A stretch of DNA of 64,000 bases from Heterodontus francisci (Eukaryota), in assembly GCF_036365525.1 (NCBI RefSeq), contig NC_090418.1, forward strand, positions 6,798,304 to 6,862,303, written 5' to 3'. The first letter of the stretch is position 1, and each line of letters begins with the position of its first letter. Position numbers and translations under genes: made by a program. Below, piece by piece: positions 39,301 to 51,300 of the stretch. The notes under the pieces are model-generated. The model ran no database searches. It was not told where the DNA came from and was given only the letters and a program-made list of their open reading frames with translations.

Positions 39301-42300
39301 CTCCAATCGATTTGTTTATTCTTGCTATTCCTGAATGTGTCCTGTCCAGCAGGAAGATGAAAGCCTCTCGACAAATGTCACAGAATCAAGTCATTTTATT
39401 CATTGTGATCTTGAGAGCCACTGCGCAGTCTCAGTGGTGGTTTTCATTTGGGAACGATACCTAATTTCTATTCATGTTGCCCCCGATATCTTTGCGAAAT
39501 ATCTTACATTTCTGTTCTCTGGTTCCTGACCCTCCTGCCAGTGGAAACAATTTCTCCTTCTTTACCCAATCAAAAACTGTCTTAATTCTGAACATCGGGA
39601 TTAAATCTCCCCTGAACATTCTTTCCTCTGAGGAGAACAATCCCCGCTTCTCCTGTCTCCTCCATCACTGAAGTCCTTGTGCTGAGGACTGTTGCAGTTG
39701 AAGGATGTTTGGGCAGAAATCCGCCTCTGCTGCAGTGGTGATCCTGCTCCGTGTTCCCTCGAACATTTTGCCACTGGAGCACATGGCCAGGATTCCAGGG
39801 ATTTACCACTGTCCCAGAATTTGAGTGAAACCGGAACACTCCCAGTTTCATCAGTGTCTCAGCGTGAGAGTGGGGCAATTCAGATTTCCTGGAGAGGAAC
39901 TGAAATCCGTCACTGCAGCTTTTGATAGAGGACGCTAAACTTCTCGTCGGTGATAAGGATTGAGGTTGGGAATTTCACGCTGTGAAATGGTGGGAGACGG
40001 GCAGATCAATGTCACTAACATCAACCAGAGGAAGTTTACACCATGAACTGTTTTGGTGCAGATGAGAAGCAGCCAATGAGCAGCGAGATGGTGCAGTGAA
40101 GGTGTTGGTGTGTGGGTAATGTGAACAGTATCTCTCAGACTGTCGGCATTATTGTTTCTGGAGATTAAAACACCCCAAAAAATTGACAATACATTCTCAG
40201 AGTAAACATATTTACCATGGTCTGGATGAGGATAATATCCTGTGTGGAGAAACAGATTTGTGTTAACATTGTCTGCTGAGATTCAAGTGGAGATTAACAT
40301 TTTGTTGACAATCAGTTCAGCAACTGAAACATTCAGTATTGCACGGATTAGGGATTGAAGTGGATCTTTCAAACATTACAGGACATTATCACTGACACTG
40401 ATATAATTTAAGCTTATTCATCTGTGCACCCTTTCCTCTGAATATCTAACCTCTTGCATAAAAAGCAGGGACTCAACTAGTTGTTCATCTCCGTTTACAC
40501 AAAGTGTGTTTTTTTGAAAGCTTTGCAAACGATATTAATTTCACTATTCGCACACTCTTTATGCCGATGTTTATACCTATACTCGCTTTATTGTTGTGAT
40601 AAAAATGTTAGTGGACAATTAAGTTCTGAGCTGTGTGACATTCCCCTGGCTGTGACTTAATGAAGCTGTTAAACAGTTAATTGCAAAATAAAGTTCACTG
40701 CTGTGTGACAAGGATGCAACACATTTTAATCCATTTTATTCAAATATCAACTTAGATAAATCTAACACTGGGATCTGGCAATGATCACATCTCAGGGCAG
40801 GGCAGAAACAGAGACCTGAGCTGCTCAGAAAGTCCTTGCTCCAATCAGTTTGTTTGTTCATGCAGATGAATGCATTCTCTCACTAATATCACCCAGAGGA
40901 AATTTACACCTTTACACCTGTTTTGGAACACAGGAGAAGCAGCCAATGTGCAGCAGGATAGTGCATTGAAGGGATTTGGGTTTGGAATTGTGAACAGTTT
41001 GGCTCTGCATTGTTTCTGGAGATTTAAACATGCAACAGTCGGACAAAAATATTCTCGTCAGAAAAATTTTTACCATCGTATTTTGTATATTTTTTCCCTG
41101 TGGCGGGGAAACAGATTTGTGTTAAGATTGCAGAGAATCAATTGAAGATTCACATTTTCGACACAAACAGTTCAGCAATTAAAACATTCCATATTACGCG
41201 GATTAGAAATTGGTGTGGAACTTTCAAACATTAACTTGACATGACCATTCATACTGATTTCATTTCAGGTTGATCATCTCTGCACTCTCTCATACAAGTG
41301 TCGAACCTCTTGCACCAAAAGCAGGGAGTAAAATAGTTATTCATCTCTGTTTTCCCAAAGTATGGATTGGTTTAAATTTTATGAGCTAATTAATTTTATC
41401 ATTCACAGCGGCTTGATTTCAACCTATAAGTTTTCTGCCTGAATCTTTGTGATAAATGCCTTACTGGACAGTTATAACATTCTCCTCTCCACTACTTAAT
41501 GCAGCGGTTAAACATTTCAGTGGAAAAAAAATCTTCACTTCAACAAGATAAAGATACAGCACTTTTTCATCAATGTTGAAATATGAATTTGGATAAATCT
41601 ACACTGGGGTCTACCCAATGATCACATCTCAGGACAGGACAGAGAACTGAGCTGCTCTGGAAGTCTTTGCTCCAATCGATTTGTTTGTTCTTGCTATTCC
41701 TGAATGTGTCCTGTCCAGCAGGAAGATGAAAGCCTCTCGACAAATGTCACAGAATCAAGTCATTTTATTCATTGTGATCTTGAGAGCTACTGCGCAGTCT
41801 CAGTCGTGGTTTTCATTGGGGACTGTGTCTAATTTCTATTCATGTTGCCCCCGATATCTTTGCGAGATATCTTACATTTCTGTTCTCTGGTTACTGACCC
41901 TCCTGCCAGTGGAAACAATTTCTCCTTCTTTCCCCAATCAAAAACTGTCTTAATTCTGAACATCGGGATTAAATCTCCCCTGAACATTCTTTCCTCTTAG
42001 GAGAACAATCCCCGCTTCTCCTGTCTCCTCCATCACTGAAGTCCTTGTGCTGAGGACTGTTGCAGTTGAAGGATGTTTGGGCAGAAATCCGCCTCTGCTG
42101 CAGTGGTGATCCTGCTCCGTGTTCCCTCAAACATTTTGCCACTCGAGCACATGGCCAGGATTCCAGGGATTTACCACTGTCCCAGAATTTGAGTGAAACC
42201 GGAACACTCCCAGTTTCATCAGTGTCTCAGCGTGAGAGTGGGGCAATTCAGATTTCCTGGAGAGGAACTGAAATCCGTCACTGCAGCTTTTGATGGAGGA

Positions 42301-45300
42301 CGCTAAACTTCTCGTCGGTGATAAGGATTGAGGTTGGGAATTTCACGCTGTGAAATGGTGGGAGACGGTCAGATCAATGTCACTAATATCAAACAGTGGA
42401 AATTTACACCATGAGCTGTTTTGGTGCAGATGAGAGGCAGCCAATGAGCAGCGAGATGGTGCAGTGAAGGTGTTGGTGTGTGGGTAATGTGAACAGTATC
42501 TCTCAGACTGTCGGCATTATTGTTTCTGGAGATTAAAACACCCCAAAAAATTGACAATACATTCTCAGAGTAAACATATTTACCATGGTCTGGATGAGGA
42601 TAATATCCTGTGTGGAGAAACAGATTTGTGTTAACATTGTCTGCTGAGATTCAAGTGGAGATTAACATTTTGTTCACAAACAGTTCAGCAACTGAAACAT
42701 TCAGTATTGCACGGATTAGGGATTGAAGTGGATCTTTCAAACATTACAGGACATTATCACTGACACTGATATCATTTAAGCTTATTCATTTCTGCTCTAC
42801 TATGAATATCTAACATCCTGCACACAACGCAGGGATTCAACTCGTTGTTCCTCTCTGTTTTAAAAAAGCGCCTTTTTTTGAAATCTTTGGAAACAAAATT
42901 AATTTTGCTGTTCGCACTTTCTTTTTGCTGATGTTTATACCTTTACTCGCTTAATTATTGTGATAATAATATTCGTGGACAATTTAGTTCTGAGCTGTGT
43001 GACATTCCCTGGTTGTGACTTAATGAAGCTGTTAAACAGTTAATTGCAAAATGAAGTTCACTGCTGTGTGACAAGGATGCAACACATTTAATCCATTTTT
43101 TTTTTCAAATATCAACTTGGATAAATCTACACTGGGGTGTGGCCAATGATCACATCTCAGGGCAGAACAGAGACGTGAGCTGCTCAGAAAGTCCTTGCTC
43201 CAATCAGTTTGTTTGTTCATGCAGATGAATGCATTCTCTCACTAATATCAAGCAACAGAAATTTACACCTTTAACCATTTTGGAACACGGAAGAAGCACC
43301 GGGATAATGCAGTGATTCGGATTTGGGTTTTGAATTGTGAACAGTTTGGCCCTACATTACTGTTTCTGGTGATTTAAACATGCAACAATCGGATAATAAA
43401 TTCACGTAATAAAAAATATTTACCACCGTATTTCGTACCTTTTTCCCGTGGTGGTGCGAGGAGGCGTGGAAACAGATTTGTGTTAAGATTGCAGAGAATC
43501 AAGTGAAGATTCATATTTCAACACAATCAGTTCAGTAATTGTAACATTCAGTATTGCTCGGATTAGAAATTGGTGTGGAAATTTCAAACATTAGCTTGAC
43601 ATTCCCATTCATACTGATTTCATTTAAGATTGTTCATCTCTGCACCCTCTCATACAAATGTCTAACCTCTTGCACCAAAAGCAGGGAGTAAAATAGTTGT
43701 TCATCTCTGTTTTTCCAAAGTATGGATTGGTTCAAATTTTTATGAGCTATTTAATTTTATCATTCACAGCGGCTTGATTTCAACCTATAAGTTTTCTGCC
43801 TGAATCTTTGTGATAAATGCATTACTCGACAGTTATAACGTTCTCCTCTCCACTACTTAATGCAGCGGTTAAACATTTCAGTGGAAAAAAACATGTTCAC
43901 TTCAACATGATAAAGATACAGCACTTTTTCATCAATGTTGAAATATGAATTTGGATAAATCTACACTGGGGTCTACCCAATGATCATATCTCAGGACAGG
44001 ACAGAGACCTGAGCTGCTCTGGAAGTCTTTGCTCCAATCGATTTGTTTGTTCTTGCTGTTCCTGAATGTGTCTTGTCCAGCAGGAAGATGAAAGCCTCTC
44101 GACAAATGTCACAGAATCAAGTCATTTTATTCATTGTGATCTTGAGAGCTACTGCGCAGTCTCAGTGGTGGTTTTCATTGGGGACTGTGTCTAATTTCTA
44201 TTCATGTTGCCCCCGATATCTTTGCGAAATATCTTACATTTCTGTTCTCTGGTTACTGACCCTCCTGCCAGTGGAAACAATTTCTCCTTCTTTACCCAAT
44301 CAAAAACTGTCTTAATTCTGAACATCGGGATTAAATCTCCCCTGAACATTCTTTTCTCTAAGGAGAACAATCCCCGCTTCTCCTGTCTCCTCCATCACTG
44401 AAGTCCTTGTGCTGAGGACTGTTGCAGTTGAAGGATGTTTGGTCAGAAATCCGCCTCTGCTGCAGTGGTGATCCTGCTCCGTGTTTCCTATAACATTTTG
44501 CCACTCGAGCACATGGCCAGGATTCCAGGGTTTTTCCACTGCCCCAGAATTTGAGGGAAACCGGAACACTCCCAGTGTTATCACCGTCTCAGCGTGAGAG
44601 TGGGGCAAATCAGATTTCCTGGAGAGGAGCTGAAATCCGTCTCTGCAGCTTTTGATAGAGGACGCTAAACTTCTCGTCGGTGATAAGGATTGAGGTTGGG
44701 AATTTCACGCTGTGAAATGGTGGGAGACGGTCAGATCAATGTCACTAATATCAAACAGTGGAAATTTACACCATGAGCTGTTTTGGTGCAGATGAGAGGC
44801 AGCCAATGAGCAGCGAGATGGTGCAGTGAAGGTGTTGGTGTGTGGGTAATGTGAACAGTATCTCTCAGACTGTCGGCATTATTGTTTCTGGAGATTAAAA
44901 CACCCCAAAAAATTGACAATACATTCTCAGAGTAAACATATTTACCATGGTCTGGATGAGGATAATATCCTGTGTGGAGAAACAGATTTGTGTTAACATT
45001 GTCTGTTGAGATTCAAGTGGAGATTAACATTTTGTTCACAAACAGTTCAGCAACTGAAACATTCAGTATTGCACGGATTAGGGATTGAAGTGGATCTTTC
45101 AAACATTACAGGACATTATCACTGACACTGATATCATTTAAGCTTATTCATTTCTGCTCTACTATGAATATCTAACATCTTGCACACAACGCAGGGATTC
45201 AACTCGTTGTTCCTCTCTGTTTTAAAAAAGCGCCTTTTTTTGAAATCTTTGGAAACAAAATTAATTTTGCTGTTCGCACTTTCTTTTTGCTGATGTTTAT

Positions 45301-48300
45301 ACCTTTACTCGCTTAATTATTGTGATAATAATATTCGTGGACAATTTAGTTCTGAGCTGTGTGACATTCCCTGGTTGTGACTTAATGAAGCTGTTAAACA
45401 GTTAATTGCAAAATGAAGTTCACTGCTGTGTGACAAGGATGCAACACATTTAATCCATTTTTTTTTTCAAATATCAACTTGGATAAATCTACACTGGGGT
45501 GTGGCCAATGATCACATCTCAGGGCAGAACAGAGACGTGAGCTGCTCAGAAAGTCCTTGCTCCAATCAGTTTGTTTGTTCATGCAGATGAATGCATTCTC
45601 TCACTAATATCAAGCAACAGAAATTTACACCTTTAACCATTTTGGAACACGGAAGAAGCACCGGGATAATGCAGTGATTCGGATTTGGGTTTTGAATTGT
45701 GAACAGTTTGGCCCTACATTACTGTTTCTGGTGATTTAAACATGCAACAATCGGATAATAAATTCACGTAATAAAAAATATTTACCACCGTATTTCGTAC
45801 CTTTTTCCCGTGGTGGTGCGAGGAGGCGTGGAAACAGATTTGTGTTAAGATTGCAGAGAATCAAGTGAAGATTCATATTTCAACACAATCAGTTCAGTAA
45901 TTGTAACATTCAGTATTGCTCGGATTAGAAATTGGTGTGGAAATTTCAAACATTAGCTTGACATTCCCATTCATACTGATTTCATTTAAGATTGTTCATC
46001 TCTGCACCCTCTCATACAAATGTCTAACCTCTTGCACCAAAAGCAGGGAGTAAAATAGTTGTTCATCTCTGTTTTTCCAAAGTATGGATTGGTTCAAATT
46101 TTTATGAGCTATTTAATTTTATCATTCACAGCGGCTTGATTTCAACCTATAAGTTTTCTGCCTGAATCTTTGTGATAAATGCATTACTCGACAGTTATAA
46201 CGTTCTCCTCTCCACTACTTAATGCAGCGGTTAAACATTTCAGTGGAAAAAAACATGTTCACTTCAACATGATAAAGATACAGCACTTTTTCATCAATGT
46301 TGAAATATGAATTTGGATAAATCTACACTGGGGTCTACCCAATGATCATATCTCAGGACAGGACAGAGACCTGAGCTGCTCTGGAAGTCTTTGCTCCAAT
46401 CGATTTGTTTGTTCTTGCTGTTCCTGAATGTGTCTTGTCCAGCAGGAAGATGAAAGCCTCTCGACAAATGTCACAGAATCAAGTCATTTTATTCATTGTG
46501 ATCTTGAGAGCTACTGCGCAGTCTCAGTGGTGGTTTTCATTGGGGACTGTGTCTAATTTCTATTCATGTTGCCCCCGATATCTTTGCGAAATATCTTACA
46601 TTTCTGTTCTCTGGTTACTGACCCTCCTGCCAGTGGAAACAATTTCTCCTTCTTTACCCAATCAAAAACTGTCTTAATTCTGAACATCGGGATTAAATCT
46701 CCCCTGAACATTCTTTTCTCTAAGGAGAACAATCCCAGCTTCTCCTGTCTCCTCCATCACTGAAGTCCTTGTGCTGAGGACTGTTGCAGTTGAAGGATGT
46801 TTGGTCAGAAATCCGCCTCTGCTGCAGTGGTGATCCTGCTCCGTGTTTCCTATAACATTTTGCCACTCGAGCACATGGCCAGGATTCCAGGGTTTTTCCA
46901 CTGCCCCAGAATTTGAGGGAAACCGGAACACTCCCAGTGTTATCACCGTCTCAGCGTGAGAGTGGGGCAAATCAGATTTCCTGGAGAGGAGCTGAAATCC
47001 GTCTCTGCAGCTTTTGATAGAGGACGCTAAACTTCTCGTCGTTGATAAGGATTGAGGTTGGGAATTTCACGCTGTGAAATGGTGGGAGACGGACAGATGA
47101 ATGTCACTAAGATCAAACAGAGGAAATTTACACCATGAGCTGTTTTGGTGCAGATGAGAAGCAGCCAATGAGCAGCGAGATGGTGCAGTGAAGGTGTTGG
47201 TGTGTGGGTAATGTGATCAGTATCTCTCAGACTGTCGGCATTATACCTATACTCGCTTTATTGTTGTGATAAAAATGTTAGTGGACAATTAAGTTCTGAG
47301 CTGTGTGACATTCCCCTGGCTGTGACTTAATGAAGCTGTGAAACAGTTAATTGCAAAATGAAGTTCACTGCTAGAACATAGAACATAGAACATAGAACAG
47401 TACAGCACAGTACAGGCCCGTCGGCCCACGATGTTGTGCCGAACCTTTAACCTATTCTAAGATCTAAGTAACTACCTACCCTTCATTCTACTATCATCCA
47501 TGTACCTATCCAAGAGTCTCTTAAATGTCCCTAATGTATCTGCTTCTACTACCATCGCTGGCAGCGCATTCCACGCACCCACCACTCTCTGTGTAAAGAA
47601 CCTACCTCTGACATCTCCCCGAAACCTTCCTCCAATCACCTTAAAATTATGCCCCCTGGTGATAGCCCTTTCCACCCTGGGAAAAAGTCTCTGACTATCC
47701 ACTCTAACTATGCCTCTCATCATCTTGTACCCCTCTATCAAGTCACCTCTCATCCTTCTTCGCTCCAATGAGAAAAGCCCTAGCTCCCTCAATCTTTCTT
47801 CGTAGGACATGCCCTCCAGTCCGGGCAGCATCCTGGTAAATCTCCTCTGCACCCTCTCTAAAGCTTCCACATCCTTCCTATAATGAGGCGACCAGAACTG
47901 AACACAATATTCCAAGTGTGGTCGAACCAGGGCCTTATAGAGCTGCAGCATAACCTCGCGGCTCTTAAACTCAATCCCCCTGTTAATGAAAGCCAACACA
48001 CCATATACCTTCTTAACAACCTTATCAACTTGGGTGGCAACTTTGAGCGATCTATGGACATGGACCCCAAGATCCCTCTGTTCCTCCACAGTACCAAGAA
48101 TGCTGTCTTTAAGCCTGTATTCCGCATTCAAATTCGCCCTTCCAAAATGAATCACTTCACACTTTTCCAGGTTGAACTCCATCTGCCACCTCTCAGCCCA
48201 CTGCTGCGTGACAAGGATGCAACACATTTTAATCCATTTTGTTCAAATATCAACTTGGATAAATCTACACTGGAGTCTGACCAATGATCACATCTCAGAG

Positions 48301-51300
48301 CAGGGCAGAGACCTGAACTGCTCAGAAAGTCCTTGCTCCAATCAGTTTGTTTGTTCATGCAGATGATTGCATTCTCTCACTAATATCACCCAGAGGAAAT
48401 TTGCACCTTTACCCATTTTGGAACACAGGAGAAGCAGCCAATGAGCAGCCGGATAGTGCAGTGAATGGATTTAGGTTTGGGAATTGTGAACAGTTTCACT
48501 CTGCATTACTGTTTCTGGAGCTTTAAACATGCAACAATCGGATAAAAAATTCTCGTCATTAAAATATTTACCACTGTATTTCCTACCCTTTTCCCTTGGG
48601 GTGCGGGGAGGCAGGGAAACAGATTTGTGTTAAGATTGCAGAGAATCAAGTGAAGATTCACATTTTCAACACAATCAGTTCAGCAATTGAAACATTCAGT
48701 ATTGCATGGATTCGGGATTGGTGTGGAAATTTCAATCATTAACTTGACGTTACCATTGATACTGATTTGATTTAAGCTTGTTCATCTCCGCACTCTCTCA
48801 TACAAATGTCTAACCTCTTGCACCAAAAGCAGGGAGTAAAATAGTTATTCATCTCTGTTTTCCCAAAGTATGGATTTTTAAAATTTTTTATGAGCGAATT
48901 AATTTTATCATTCACAGTGGCTTGATTTCACCGTTTAATTTTTCTGCCTGAATCTTTTTGATAAATGCATTAGTGGACTGTTATAACATTGTCCTGACCA
49001 CTACTTAATGCAACTGTTAAACATTTCAGTGGAAACAAAAATGTTTACTCCGACATGATAAAGATACAGCACTTTTTAATCAATGTTGAAATATGAATTT
49101 GGATAAATCTACACTGGGGTCTACCCAATGATCACATCTCAGGACAGGACAGAGACCTGAGCTGCTCTGGAAGACTTTGCTCCAATCGATTTGTTTGTTC
49201 TTGCTATTTCTGAATGTATCCTGTCCAGCAGGAAGATGAAAGCCTTTCAAAAAATGTCATAGATACAAGTCATTTTATTCATTGCATTATTGAGAGCTGC
49301 CATACAATCTCTGTGGTGGTTCTCATTGGGTACTGTGTCTATATTCTATTCATGTTCACCCCCTGACATATTTTATGAAATATCTTAAATTTATGTCCTC
49401 CTGTTACTGGCCCTCCTGCCAGTGGAAACAATTTCTCCTTGTTTACCCAATCAAAAACTGTCTTAATTCTGCACATCGGGATTAAATCTCCCCTTAACTT
49501 TCTTTCCTCAAAGGGGAACAATCCCCACTTCTCTACTCTCTCTCCATCACTGAAGTCCTTGTGTTGAGCACTTGCTGTTGAAGGATGTTTGAGCAGAAAT
49601 CCGCCTCTGCTGCAGTTGTGACCCTGCTCCGTGTTGCCTGGGATTTTGTGTCCCTCCGGCACATGGCCAGGATTCCAGGGATTTTCCGCTGTCCCAGCAT
49701 TGAATTGAAACTGGAACACTCCCAGTGTAATCACTGTGTGATCGGGGAAATTCAGACTTCCTGGGCAGGAGCTGAACACAACCACTGCAGGTTTTGAAAG
49801 TGGTCGCTAAACTTCTCGTCCGGGACCAGCTTGGAGGTTGGGAATTTCGTGCTGTGAAATGGTGGGAGACGGTCAGATGAATGCATTCTGTCACTAATAT
49901 CAATCAGGAAATTGAGACATTTAACTGTTTTAGTTCAGATGAGGAGCAGCCAATGAGCAGCGGGATGGTGCAGTGTGGGGATTGGTGTGTGGGTATTGGG
50001 AACAGTATCTATCAGAGTGTCTGCATTATTGCTTTTGGAGATTAAAACACGCAAAATATTGACAATAAGTTCTCAGACTAATAATATTTACCATGGCCTC
50101 CAGGAAGATAATCTCCTGTGTGGAAAAACAAATTTGTGTTAACACTGTCTGCTGAGATTCAAGTGGAGATTCACATTTTGAACACAATCAGTTCAGTAAT
50201 TGAAACATTCAGTCTTGCACTGATCAGGAATTGAAGTCGATCTTTCAAACATGAAATGGACATTTTCATTAATACTGATTTCGTTTAAGATTATTCATCT
50301 GTGCACCCTCTCCTACGAACATCTAACCTCTTGCACCAAACTCAGGGACTCAACTAGTTGTTCATCTCTGTTTACACAAAGTGCTTTTAAAAAAAATCTT
50401 TACAAACTGAATCTATTTTACTTATGGCACCCTCTTTATGCCAATGTTTATACCTTTACTCGCTTAATTAATGTGATAAAAATGTTAGTGGACAATTAAG
50501 TTCTGAGCTGTGTGACATTCCACTGGCCGCGACTTAATGAAGCTCTTAAACAGTTAATTGCAGAATAAAGTTCACTGCTGTGTGACAAGGATGCAACACA
50601 TTTTAATCCATTTTGTTCAAATATCAACTTGGATAAATCTAACACTGGGGTCTGACAATGATCACATCTCAGGGCAGGGCAGAGACCTGAGCTGCTCAGA
50701 AAGTCCTTGCTCCAATCAGTTTGTTTGTTCATGCAGATGAATGCATTCTCTCACTAATAACACCCAGAGGAAATTTACACCTTTACACCTGTTTTGGAAC
50801 ACAGGAGAAGCAGCCAATGTGCATCATGATAGTGCAGTGAAGGGATTTGGGTTTGGAATTGTGAACAGTTTGGCTCTGCATTGTTTCTGGAGATTTAAAC
50901 ATGCAACAATCGGACAAAAATATTCTCGTCAGCAAAATATTTACCTTTGTCTTTCTTATCTTTTTTCCCTGTGGCGGGGAAACAGATTTGTGTTAAGATT
51001 GCAGAGAAGCATGTGAAGATTCACATTTTCGACACAAACAGTTCAACAATTAAAACATTCAGTATTGCGCAGATTAGAAATTGGTGTGGAAGTTTCAAAC
51101 ATTAACTTGACATGACCATTCATACTGATTTCATTTCAGCTTGATCATCTCCGCACTCTCTCATACAAGTGTCTAACCTCTTGCACCAAAAGCAGGGATT
51201 AAAATAGTTATTCATTTCTGTTTTCCCAAAGTATGGATTGGTTAAAATTTTATGAGCTAATTCATTTTACCATTCACAGCGGCTTGATTTCAACAGATAA

